Source: Coniocarpon cinnabarinum
Taxonomy: Eukaryota
NCBI GenBank assembly: GCA_051942205.1
Contig: JAVECO010000060.1
Location: forward strand, 62,001 to 119,963
Direction: 5' to 3'
DNA: 57,963 bases
A model generated the notes under the pieces. That model did no database searches, was not told where the DNA came from, and saw only the letters and a list, made by a program, of their open reading frames with translations. A program made the translations under genes and the position numbers. This document shows positions 26,388-39,324 of this stretch, one piece after another; position 1 is the stretch's first letter; every line of letters starts with the position of its first letter.

Positions 26388-27030
26388 GGTCACGACAAAG
26401 GATGAAGGCGAAGGGCTTGCGAGAGACACAGTGGAGGGCAAGTGAGGAGGAAGATGCTAAGCCCGGCGGTGTTCGGCTAGCTGCGGAGAAGCGAACCAGC
26501 AGCAGCAGTAGCAGGAGGAGGGCATGTTCCAAGACACGGGCGGAGGATAGACGAGGCCAAGTAGAAATGAGCAGTGATTTGCATGTGCCTTGGTTCCAGA
26601 TGGAATGCACCAGTAGACATGCTGCACGAGATAGCCGGCGCCCCGAGACAGAGGGCGAAGAGAAGGTCGAGTGAGGCCGCATGGAAGTCGAATGACCAGG
26701 CCAGCCCTGCGAGCCGGTGACGCACTCCTTCCCCCTCGCCTTGCCGCCTCGCCGCCCCGTCTCCCAAGAGGGCCGAGACCTGGCCGACAGGTAATCGTTT
26801 TCCCGTCAGCTCACATGCATGGTCTGGGAGGCGATTCCGAATACGAAAAGGTCCAGTAAGCAAGCACTCGCCGTGGGCTGGACGGAGTGGCGATGGCATT
26901 GCTTCTATTTTCTTCCGACCCATATGGCGTCCAGTGACGATTCACAGGTCCCGGGGGCGCCCTGACAAGCCACGCGACTTTTGTGCTACCAGGGTCCGAA
27001 ACACATGCTGAGCGCGCCCATCATCTGCTC

Positions 27031-28209
27031 CTAAACGTCCAGCTCGTCCTTGAGCTCGCCGATCTTCTCCTTCACCCGCTGCTCCTTCTCCTCCTTGCTC
27101 AACTTGTTCTGCTTGTACTTGAGGCTCTCCTTCTTGTATTCCTCTTTGCTCTTCTTCGGCGGAGCGTCGGGATCCTTCATGAACGGATCGTCCCGAATGG
27201 CCTTGTGGGCATTGGTGTACATCTCCTCCAAGCCGTCTGCCTCGATGTCGTCGTCAATGTACTGCTGGAATTGCGACTTGTAGCGCTCCTCGTCGTCGTC
27301 TGCAAGCGTCTCCATGTACTCGGCCACATGACCGCCAAAGATGTACTTGCGCAAGGTCTCGGCGTCCAACTCCTTCGTCTCCATGTCGTAGCCTGGGAAT
27401 CGATTCTCAGAGTGGGGAACGTACAGACCACCATCCGAAGCGCCCTTCATCGCTCCAAAGACACGTGCGCCGGTGGAAGTGCGAGCAAGGCCGACATCCA
27501 AGAAGCACTTGAATGGGCGGCGAGGCTCGTCGTCGTCGCCCTCTGCAGCTTCGGTGAGAGTGTATTCTCCATCGGGCTCTTCCACGCCCGTAAAGGTGTC
27601 GTCAAGTCCAAGCTTCTTAAGGGCACGACGCGCGATGAGCAAGCCTGTGGCGTAAGCAGCAGCCCAGTTGGTGAGACCGTGCTTGATGCCATATCGCTTC
27701 AGCTCGTGTGAATAGGCGGCCATGAAGATCTTGTCACCGCCAATTTCGGATGTTACAATCTGACAAATAATGTCGCGCTTCGTGAACCGGACAACAAGAC
27801 GGTACTTGGGGCTGTTGTACTTGTTCTTCGCTTGCGAAATGAGGCGTTTGCGAGCATAGTAGTCCGTCTTGCCCTCACGGCGGCTGTGGGTGAATCAGAT
27901 TGTACCTTCAGTGCCATGTTTGGGCCTTGTGCCTTACCGCTTGTACTTGACCTGATACCGTCTCGTTATTGTTAGTACTCGAGCTACAACACCTGGTTTA
28001 GGAAAGGCTTAACTCACGAGAAGTATGCACTGTTCTTCACAAGCTTGGTCTACAGAAGCATCCACAGGTCAGCAATTTGCGCTACAATTTCCCATATCGT
28101 AGCATCTTGCACGACCCTCCAAACCACCAATCGGTACGCAAAGCGTACAGCTTGTGGCGCGCTTCGAACAGTTCCATGCTGTGAAGTATCCTCAACTTAC
28201 GAATGGCAT
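27031..28209 (-). CDS. RPL5: 60S ribosomal protein L5 (uL18)
   Basis: Short 5' exons give [36 protein letters not shown], then [34 protein letters not shown]. Confidence 0.97.
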
Positions 28210-28526
28210 TGTGGCAACGTTAATTGTGAAGAGGTGTAGTGACCAAGCAGGATGAGTGGAGGATTTGATAGCGATTTCGCAAATCTAATGTGGGAGTTGG
28301 TCCGTGCACATACCGCGCGACAATTCGTCTTACCCTGCTTTCGGCGATTAGTCATGCGTGAGCAGGTAGGTTTTCTTACACAAACTCAGCGAGGGAGATT
28401 CCACTCTCAAACTCGACTTGATCCTAATGATTGAGATGAATAGTTCAATCTAGTCTATGTATGCTTGTACACCTCGTTCATGGCCCACCTCTCCGTGGTT
28501 TCAATGCTTTGACTTGAGTATGCTTG

Positions 28527-29538
28527 CTAAAATTCACTGCTTTTCTTGATGGCTTCACGCACAGTGTTTCCGAGCTCACGGAGCGTTCGGGCATCACGTG
28601 GAATAGTATGTCCCTTTGCGTGATCAAACAAGGTTGCGGTGTCCTCATCGAACAGATTGTATAGCCCCATCGAACCCTGGAGATATGGATCGCCTGACCC
28701 GATGACATGTATCGATGGCACAGGAATCACCTCTTCAGTCTCATCAGCAAGGAGGACGTCATGCGCATCCGGATCCATAGCTGGCCAGCCACTGAAGAAC
28801 AGAGCAACCTTCAGACGCCGAGGCTGGCCTGTCTTGAGAAGAAGCCTCTCTTGTTCCACTAACATGGTCGCCGCGACCATGCCACCTTCTGAATAACCAA
28901 TAACACCATCGATATCTCCCTCTGTAGCACTTACATCAGCGCCGCGAATCGTGAATATGGTAGTTTCCTCGCGTTTACGGATGGACATCGGTGCCACCGA
29001 GCGCGCGCAGTGGAAAAATACTACAATTTTTGCAATCTATTCGGGCTATTGACTCACCCTTTTCCATTTCGGTATAAATGTAATCCAGCACTGGTCGAAC
29101 AGATGGTATTGTCCCTTCTCTGGTCTCGCCTTCCGGCAAGAGCATCCTGAGAGTGTCTTCAGCTGTAGCCGCATCCGGAAAATGGCGTATGCGCTCCAGC
29201 ATTGCCTTCTCTGCAGTTCCGAGATCATTTATGAAGCGCCAGTGAGGGCCAGGGCCGAAGTATTCCTGAAAGCCATGTGGCGGGTGCACTGGAATTTGGC
29301 CCTGCACGAAGAAAAAAGACGCCGTTCCATCCGACTCCAGCTCCTTGATAATCGGATCTAGGTTATGTAAGTACGAATACTCACTGGAAAACATCTCACT
29401 GCGTTCCTACCTATCTGAACTTTGAAATTCTATGTGCAGGTGTAAGCCACATGTCATGTAATCCACACGTCAATCTTTCCCTTCAAAGAAGCTCACCTGT
29501 GAGTTGCCGATGGCTCCATGGAGGCAGATGAACTTCAT
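28527..29538 (-). CDS. Serine hydrolase, FSH1/DUF341 (LovG-like) family; probable polyketide-release esterase
   Basis: Exons 29497..29538, 29411..29429, 29058..29357 and 28527..28921. MKFICLHG, nucleophile GYSEG, HVIGSGDP (Asp) and FDHAKGH (His) give a complete triad. Divergent from the PKS. Confidence 0.88.
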
Positions 29539-31214
29539 GTCGAGCTCTCAATGGTGTTCACGGGTTGAACCTCGTCAGCGGAGAATGAATGAGCGAACTT
29601 GAACTAGCTGTCGATGCTAAAGAGGGAACTGACGAGTCAGAGACGGCGATGCAGGAGACATGCTTTTGTGCCTACCGCAAATCTTCGCGCGGACTCGAAA
29701 TATCGCCAGGAAAATTGAGCTGCATTGACTCATGTGCTCTGCTCTAAATTGACGAAGGGAGCGATGCACCCACGTCAACTTCATGCAGTCAAGATTCCAG
29801 AGCGTCATCGAATTTCAGGTCGTTCATCGTGGGTACCGAATGCAAGCTTCCATCTAGCGCAACCTGGGACACAGGAAGCATGACGGGTCACCAAGATCCA
29901 TGATGCCTCGGTCTGTGTCTATCAGGAACATGGAACGCAGGCATGTTGCTATTGTGATGGCAGCGGGTGTCAGCCCCGGCGACAGGCATGAAACATGTCG
30001 CTGTGTTTTGGGTGCCCCTGAAACGGGTAGAGGCCAGCGCAGCCTTCGCAAGGATGACTTGATGGAGCAAAGCAGGGACGCTTCAATGGGTTCCAGGATC
30101 GAGGGTGTGCCGCTAGCTGCAAATCACTTGATGGAGGGATCTTGGAACCCTCAGCCTTGCAGCCTTTGCGGGTGTGGCGTATACCATGCTTCCCTACATG
30201 GAAATATGTGATGAGACTTCCACCTGGGTACCTGCTACCTGGAAAGCTGCCCCTTTCGCACCGAATCTCTGCTTTTCCGTTTGCCTCAAGGCCTTGCACA
30301 TTCTCGCCTCTCCCCTTCGCCCTCGGCTGCTTTTCCATGGAACGAGATCTGCGATCTTCGTCTGTGGTGGTTTGGTGATCGCCCAGTTGGTGAGGTGAAT
30401 CGTCCGCTTCGCCGTTGTCTCGCCCTTATCCATCTTGCTTCTTCGCTGCCTGGGCGGCCTTTCGGGGACTTCGTGTTCAGCCATCAAATCTACAGCTCCC
30501 TTGAAGCTTACGCGGTAGGCCAACGCGAGCATGATTGCATGAAGCTAGTGACGTGTGCGCCATTGGTAGTTTTCTTTCGCGTTGCTCGATAGAGTTCTCT
30601 ACTTCTTGTCGTTTCAAAATGTGCATAGAAAATGGCTAGTGTTGTTTCAGACTGCTTTCACTTCTATCATGAGACGAGGTGGCGCAACCGGTGTCTGGCT
30701 GGGCGCTGTGCCAGGCCACCTGTTGCACTCAGATCCATGCATCTCCGCAACCCGGGCATATTGGATGTGCGCTCGGCAATGTGATTGACACATTGGCGAT
30801 TCGCGGCAGTCCTTGTTATCGCGGAAAAGCTGCGGAGACCATGCAAAATGCGTTCGCAAACACCATGGACACCGAAGCCGACGACCAGGGCACAGAGTTT
30901 AGGTCAACGCCGAGAACATTGTAATTCCTTGACAGATGTCAGGACCTCTTATATGCCCTCAACCCACCCTGATGTAGCCTACAGCTCAGTCACTTCTGAT
31001 CCTCCTCAATCGCTGCGTAGACTCTTTCCTCGCCTAGTGCGATCCTTCCTTTCTGAAACACAGCTGGTTCCTGTGTGTGCATCGTTGCTCCAGCACACGA
31101 CTATCTATCCGAGCAGTTGACAAGGCAATGCGTGCTTGATTTCATACTGTCTTTTCTGTTGTATACATATCTACTTATTGCCGCCACAAGAAGACCAAAG
31201 TAGAGCCAGAGGAC

Positions 31215-34200
31215 ATGGAGTCCACCAATGGCGTCGCGCGACACGATTTTGAAGCAACAAGAACACCCAAACTTGCGGATGAGACGACGTCGGATGGCGA
31301 AATGACGGGCACACATGGCGTCCACTTCGATGGACTTACCAGCTTGAATCGCGCTGCATCTGATAGCGAGTCCGCAAGTGGGACCGCGACTCCTGCTACA
31401 TCAGCTTCAGAAGGCTTCTCCGTCGTCTCACCCTCCATCGAAGCTGAGAGGATGCCGCTTGCTATCATCGGCATGGCATGCCGACTACCAGGAGACGTTA
31501 CGACCCCTGCTGAGCTCTGGGAACTCTGCTCGCGGAATCGCAGCGGTTGGTCAGAGATCCCAAAAGATCGATTCAGCGCCGAGGGATTCTTTCATCCCAA
31601 CCCCCAGAAACTTGGTGCTTTCAATTGCAAAGGTGCCCACTTCCTCTCACAAGATCTGGCGATCTTCGACGCGCCCTTTTTCAACATCACCGCAGCTGAA
31701 GCTACGGCCATGGATCCACAGCAGCGCTTAGCTCTCGAATGCACGTTTGAGGCGCTGGAAAGCGCAGGCATTCCTCGCGAATCTATTTCAGGTCAACCCG
31801 TCGGCGTGTTCGCGGGCGGATCGTTTGCTGATTATGAGCTTGCCAACCTTCGAGATCTTGACACTGCCCCATCATTCCAGGCCACGGGAAACCATGCCTG
31901 CATGCTCGCAAACAAACTCTCATATTATTTTGACTGTCGTGGGCCGTCATTCACAGCGGACACAGCATGTTCAGCCAGCTTGACTGCCCTACACCTGGCG
32001 AGCCAGAGCCTTCGAAACGGCGAGTCAAAAATGGCCATTGTTGCAGGTTCACATCTGAATATTCTCCCCGATTATTTTGTGTCCATGTCAAACTCACAAC
32101 TGTTCAATGAGTCTGGCAAGTCATTCCCATTCGATCATCGAGCTGAGAGCGGATTTGCAAGAGGCGAAGGCACAGGTGTTGTGATACTCAAGCCGCTAGA
32201 CGAGGCCGTCCGTGCCAATGATCCCGTCCGGGCGGTGCTTGTCAATACTGGTGTCAATCAGGATGGCAAGACCGCGGGGATAACTTCGCCAAATGGAAAG
32301 GCCCAGGAAGCTTTAATACGCCAAGTATATTCTTCAGCAAACATATCGCTTGCAGATTGTGGGTTTGTTGAAGCTCATGGCACTGGCACTAAAGTTGGTG
32401 ATCCTATTGAAGCAACTGCAATTCACAATACCTTCGGCAAAGGCCGCACACCTCGACAGCCTCTCTACATTGGCTCGGTCAAGTCCAACGTGGGACACTT
32501 GGAGGGCGCAAGCGGGATAATCTCGTTTGTCAAAGCTGCCATGATGCTTGAGCGCGGATTGGTCCTGCCAAACATCAATTTCGAGAAGGCGAACCCTCAG
32601 ATTCCGATGCAAGAATGGAACATGAAAGTGCCAACTTCTGTAAGACCTTGGCCTAAGGGCAAGAAGTACATCAGCGTATGCAACTACGGCTTCGGCGGCG
32701 GTAACGCTCATGCAGTCTTGGAAAAAGCCCCACCAAGCGCTCAACGCACCTTGAACGATGGTGCCGGTGCCGACACTGCTCCCGATCAGAAATGGTTGCT
32801 TTACGTCCTATCTGCCAATTCGCAAGAATCGTTGGATCAAAAAGCTAAAGACCTGGGTGTCTATCTGGAACAGCGCCCAGAAGCCTTTGAAAAGTTGCTT
32901 GCGGGCAATCTAGCCTACACACTAGGTCAACGCCGGTCGCATCTTGCCTGGAAATACGCTGTCGCCGCAACATCATCTGACGAGCTTGGCGTTCGTCTTG
33001 CAGGCACCAAGTTCAATCCACAGAGGGCTGTGCAAGAGCCAAAGATTGGCTTCGTTTGCACCGGCCAAGGCGCGCAGTGGGCTGGTATGGGCCGCGAGCT
33101 TGCAGGTGCTTATCCTGAATTCGACAAAGCCATGGCAGCCGCAGACAAGCATCTACAGGGCATGGGTGCTCCTTTCTCCCTGGCTGAAGAACTTTCGAAG
33201 TCTAAAGAGCAAAGTCGCATTGATGTACCCGAGATCACACAGCCAGCGTGCACAGCCGTGCAATGCGCATTGATTAATCTATTCAGGTCCTGGAATATCG
33301 AACCTACCATAACGGTAGGACACTCATCTGGCGAGATAGCTGCAGCATACGCAGCGGGAATGCTCAGCTTGAAATCAAGTATGACCTTAGCCTACTTTAG
33401 AGGCAAGGCTACTGTAAGTCTCAAGCAACGGCACCCCGAGCTCAAAGGCGCAATGCTTGCGGTTGGGGCATCAGCAGACACAGTCCGCCCCATGCTCAAT
33501 TCGCTAAAGAACGGCTACGCCACGATCGCCTGTGTCAACAGTCCAGTGAGTGTCACTGTTTCTGGAGATGACCGGGCTGTAAGTGAAGTCCAAGTCCAGC
33601 TCGACGAGAAATCCATATTCAATCGCCGACTGCGCGTTGACGTGGCATATCATTCCAGTCACATGGCTAAAGTGTCGGACGAATACGAGAGGGCGATCAG
33701 ACACATCCAGCCACTCTCCGACACTAAAGCAACCATGCACTCCTCTTTGCTTGGGCGCATTGTCACTGCGTCTGAGCTGCAGCCAAGCTACTGGGTCGCG
33801 AACCTGACTTCACCCGTTGAGTTTAACCAAGGCGTGCAGAGCATTTTCAGTTCAGAGAAGGACAAGTCCGACATGCCAAACATCATGCTTGAGGTCGGAC
33901 CTCACCCGCAACTGGAAGGCCCTACAAAGGACATTATGAAAAATGTCGGTGAACGAGCAAGTAAGATTGCATACCTGAGCAGTCTGGTGAGAAATAAGGA
34001 CGCAAATGAAACAATGCTACAAGCAGCAGCGTCTTTGTACATGAAGGGAGCACCACTCTCAATGCAAAAAATCAACTTCCCCCAAAAGAAAAGTCGGACG
34101 CCAATTGCCCTGCCGGATCTACCCAAATATCCATGGTCTCACAACACGCGCTTCTGGCATCACGCCAGGATCGCCGAGGGACATTGTCACCGCCGCTTTC

Positions 34201-37200
34201 CAAGGAATGATCTGCTTGGCTCACTCGCAGACTATTCAGAAGACCTGGCGCCGACGTGGCGGAACATATTGCGCCTCGACGACATGCCCTGGTTGCGGCA
34301 GCACAAGATGCAGGGCATGATCATCTTTCCTATGACTGGGTATCTGGTCATGACCTTGGAAGCAGCAGGTCAGAGAGCAAAGATGAGGGACGTCAGCTTC
34401 AAGCAGTTTGAGCTGCGGGAAGTGGTTAGTTCCCGAGCTCTGATATTGGACGAAGGTTCTGAGGTCGAAATCAACATTCAGCTGAGACCGTACAGCGAAG
34501 GCACCCGAGCATACTCGGACGATTGGGATGAATTTCGAATCTCTTCCTACTCACAAGGCAAAGGTTGGGTTGAACATTGTCGCGGCCTGGTGGGCGCGCG
34601 ACGTAACAGTGGCCACAATTCAGTTGACGGTAGCCGCCAGCTGCAGCGCTCCAATGAAGATTTGATGGCGACTATTGGAGAGATAAACACATCTGCAAAC
34701 GAGGCTGTTGATGCCTCAAAGCTTTACAACACACTCGAGTCGATCGGAGCTAGCTATGGTCCACACTTTCGAAGCTTTGAGAATGGTGTCGGCTGTGACA
34801 CGCATTCTCATGCTGAACTCATCGTACCTGATACTAAAGCTGATATGCCTCACCAGCATGAAACACCACTCGTTATCCATCCGGGGTATTTCGATCAATT
34901 CATGCAGCTAGTGTGGCCAATCTTCGGCGCTGGCAGGAATTTAGGACTTCAAACACTATACATGCCGTCTTCCATCAAGCGGGTGCGACTGTCTCCGTCA
35001 AGCATTCTGACAGAGCCTGGTCATCGCCTGAAAACCTTCGCAAAGGGCTGCCCGAATCGTGCTGCGCCTTATCCTACCAAATTTAACATCTGGGCTACGC
35101 GCTTGGACGAGGAAGCACCTGCGATCATCGAATTCGAGGACCTCGTCATGACACCTCTGATCGATGCTGGATCACAGGCACTCGACGACGCTCGGGAACT
35201 TTGTTACAAAATGCAGTATGAGCCAGCGTTCGAAGATGACAAAATTCGACCCTCTACTCCGACATCCTCGGATGATGGAGAAGTTGGTATTGCTGTGACT
35301 AATGCCCTCGGCACACCACCCATCAAGCATCGCCGTCAAAGATCGGCTGTAGAAATGGCAAACGGCATAGTGACGCCTATTGAACCTCCCGAGACAACCC
35401 CAGTGGCAATCGTCGGTGGTATTTACGACCAGGCAACATTGGTCTTTGCGCTTTCACAGTCAATCAAATTCGCCACGAGTAAAGAACCAGAAATTGTGAG
35501 CTTCGAAGAGCTGGACCCAGTTGGCAAAGTGTGCCTGGTAGTCACCGAGCTGGAACAGCCTTTGCTAACAAAGCTGGATTCAACGGGCTTCCAGCGGGTC
35601 CAGAATATGCTCACCAAATCAGCTGGAGTGCTCTGGGTAGTGCGAGGGGCTCACAACAACTCGACCTCACCGGACCTCAGCATGGTCACTGGCTTATCAC
35701 GCAGCATCCGCTCTGAGACCATGTTGAAGTTTGTGACTTTGGATTTGGACAGGAGACCCGTGTGCAATGTACAGGCTGACATCTCTGCTATCATGGATGT
35801 CATGCGCGCCACATGGATCACCGAGAATCCAAAAGCTACTGAATTTGAATACACTGAACGTGAAGGCAAATTGCTGGTTCCTAGAGTGGTCAATGATACT
35901 GTCATGAACAAATTTGTGTTGAGAGAGACACGAGAAGCCGCACCATTTCTGCAACCATTCGCCCAGGCAGATAGACAGTTGAAGCTCAAGATTGGTATCC
36001 CTGGCGCACTCGACACCCTGCATTTCGTCGACGATGACAAATACAAGCTGGCGCTGAAAGAGGATGAAGTCGAGATCAACGTGAAAGCAACCGGAATGAA
36101 TTTCAAGGACATTGTCATTTCAATGGGTCAGGTAAGTGCATGTCGAAAGTCCCCTCTTGTGCTGCTCTTGCTGGGGACGTTCCGTCGAGCAACTTGCGAA
36201 CCACGCTCGTGATAGACTCGCAACTGCTCTTTGCCTACGGGTGAGCCAAGTTTGATACAGAAATTCCGTGATTCAAGAATCACAAGCAGAAACTCAGCTT
36301 GCAACCTGACTCGTGCTAACATCTTCACCAGGTACCTAGCCCGTACATCGGAGTGGAGTGCAGCGGCGTCATATCTAGAGTCGGCAGCAACGTGACCAAC
36401 GTTAAGCCGGGCGATCGCGTCATGGCCATGTCCGAGGGTGCTTACTCCACATACACGCGGTGTCTTGCAAGCAGTGTGACGGGGATTCCCAATGACATGA
36501 GCTTTGAATCAGCTTCAACCATCCCTGTTGTCTTTTGTACTGCATACTATGCTCTCATGGATCTTGGACGACTGGAGGTGAGTCAAATTTTCCTGTTCAC
36601 AAACACTGATCAGGTTATACAGCCACTTCCGTTGCAGATACCAGTGCATCTAATATTACATAACGCTGCCCTTCACTTATACTATGTCATGGCATGGACT
36701 GACTTTTTCTCGTGTACAGGCTGAAGACAAAGTTCTCATCCACGCCGCAGCCGGCGGTGTAGGTCAGGCTGCTATCATCCTCGCAAAAATGATTGGAGCT
36801 GAAATCTTTGCCACTGTGGTAAGTTGGCTGTTTTGACCCGCATCCAGACTTGATGTTGTGAGGCTTACCTTGGTATAGGGTTCACCAGCCAAGAAGCAAT
36901 TCATCATGCAGCAATACGGAATTCCGGAACACCGAATCTTCTATAGTCGAGACGCATCCTTCGGCCCAGGCATACGGCGCGAGACCAATGGCAAAGGTGT
37001 TGATGTGGTCATCAACTCTCTTGCGGGCGACATACTTCGGGAAACGTGGGAATGTCTTGCTCACTTTGGCCGCTTCATTGAAATCGGCAAGCGAGATATT
37101 CTCAACAACACTCGCTTAGAGATGACCAAGTTCGAGCACAATGCCACTTTCTCTTCTGTTGACCTCACAGTAGTTGCTGCTGAAAAACCCCGGATCATGA

Positions 37201-38909
37201 AGCGTCTCATGTCTGAGGTGGTGGCGCTGCTTTCGAACAAGACCATAAAGCCCATCCAGGTAAGTTGCACAAGTGAAAAGCTATATTGATCTATTAGCTG
37301 TTGAGCAAATGATGCACACACGGCACAACTGGCCAGCCGAAAGCGCTTCGGCGAACCCAGCCTTCAGAGTTACACATGCTAACAGCCACTTCAATAGCCA
37401 ATGACGACCTATCCAATTTCCGAGATCGAGTCAGCTTTCAGACAATTGCAGTCAGGAAAGTCAATGGGGAAGGTAAGTCTAGTCACATTTCTTCGACTAT
37501 GCCACCTCTCAGATAGACTAGCTCAGCTAGACTACCAATTGAGACAAGCTGACATTCATAAATCAGCTTGTGATTGTTGCCAATCCACAAGACAAAGTCA
37601 ATGCGACAGCGAACAAATCCTCGAGCGACCTTCTGCGTTCAGATGCGACATACATCATTGTAGGCGGCACTGGCGGACTAGGACGCAGCATGGCACGATG
37701 GATGTCGATGAAAGGGGCTCGACACATCGTCCTCCTATCAAGATCTGGAAACACCTCCTCCAAAGTCCAGGACTTGGCATACTCGCTGGGAGCATCTGCC
37801 ACCGGTGTGAAAGTCGTAGCATGCGACATTGCAGATCCAGAGCAAGTTGCACGTCTTGTTAAAGATACCCAACGAACGATGCCTCCAATCCGTGGGATTG
37901 TGCACGGTAAGTCTCGCTCCACGAAGAGTTTGCGTTTTCGACTACGCACGATCAGTGCTGACAGGTTGCAATCGCAGGCGCCATGGTGCTGAAAGACATA
38001 TTGTTTGAGCGCATGACCCATGAGGACTACATGGCAGTCGTCAATTCTAAAGTGCCCGGGGCTTGGAACCTGCACAACGCAATTATAGCAGCCTCTCTTC
38101 CGCTCGACTTCTTCATTTGTCTCTCGTCAGTGGCTGGCATTGTTGGAAATCGTGGTCAAGCAGCCTATGCAGCTGCGAACACCTTTCTTGACGCTTTTTG
38201 CGCCTATCGCAATACGCTCGATCTTCCAGCAACCGCGATTGGCCTCACCGCCGTGTCTGGTGTTGGCTACCTGGCTGAGCAGAATGCTGAGCGAAGAGAT
38301 GAAGTCCTTCAGAATCTTGGGGGTGAGACGCTTGATGAGTCAGAGGTAAGCCCAGCGTCATAATCATTGGCACTGTATTCTTTTCAAGGTCATTTGCTGA
38401 TCCCCCGACAGGTGCTCGCCCTGATAGGGGCTGCGATCAGCGGCACGATGGCGCAGTCTTGCAACGGCCAGTGCATCACTGGCTTGAAGGTCTCGCCGAG
38501 CACGAAAGACAGTTTCTGGGTGAGCGAGCCCAAATTCACTCATCTCAGAGAAGCGGCAGCTGCGTTGGAAGGGAGCGAGGACGATGCGAACGCCGCGTCC
38601 AAGCCCTTGCCTCGGCAGCTGGAGGACTGCACTGCGGCGGACGACGTGCTCAAAATCCTGTACCCAGCGCTCGTCGAGAAGTTGTCGGCAGTGCTCATGC
38701 TGCCAAAAGAGGACATGAGCCCAGAGACGCCTGTAACAGCGCTTGGCCTCGACAGCCTGGTTGCCATCGAGGTGCGCAACTGGATTGTGCGGGAGTGCGA
38801 CGCCAACCTGCAGGTGTTGGAGCTGCTGAGCAGCACCAGCCTGATGGCCTTGACCCAAACGATCGTTCGGAAGAGCAAGTTGAACTTGCCAAAGACCGAC
38901 GCAGCATGA
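31215..38909 (+). CDS. Highly reducing iterative type I polyketide synthase, KS-AT-DH-ER-KR-ACP, no C-methyltransferase
   Basis: [96 protein letters not shown]. Seven GT-AG introns (36132..36331, 36578..36719, 36819..36878, 37260..37397, 37473..37566, 37907..37977, 38346..38411) keep one frame. Confidence 0.96.
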
Positions 38910-39324
38910 TACCCCTTCTCACGCACACCAGCGGCATAGACCGCTAAGTTGAATTATGGAGGTTATGGCGATGTTTTGCGTGCAAACTTACATTCACATT
39001 CTGTATACTTTTGTCCGCTTTTCTGTAGGAATCAAGAAGACCTCTGGTATCAATGTTCCTGCCTAAGTTGTGCATGTAAGCGTCCAATGCTTCGAGCTCC
39101 GCTTCTGTGTTGCCTCCGTCTGGTTGAACCGAACGTACTTGAGACGACCGACCTCTTGGCCGTTAATCTGCTGTCTCAAGACCCCGGTCGCCTTGACGAC
39201 CTCATTTTAGGCTCCCGGCGGCCGACTGAAGATGATAAAAGCGCCGCCATGTCCGGACATCGTCCTGCGTCCTCGACATCACTTCTAAGTAGCTCATCCC
39301 TTGTCTTCATTCACCGCACACACT

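Noticed and set aside
26983..27711. 242-aa plus-strand ORF
   Set aside because: Antisense shadow of codon-biased RPL5. The same applies to ORFs opposite or out of frame within the GT1, IDO, PKS and OSBP genes.
29600..31200. Many short overlapping ORFs between hydrolase and PKS, as a possible hidden regulator
   Set aside because: No Zn2Cys6 or other domain motif and no coherent exon chain; best read as a divergent promoter.
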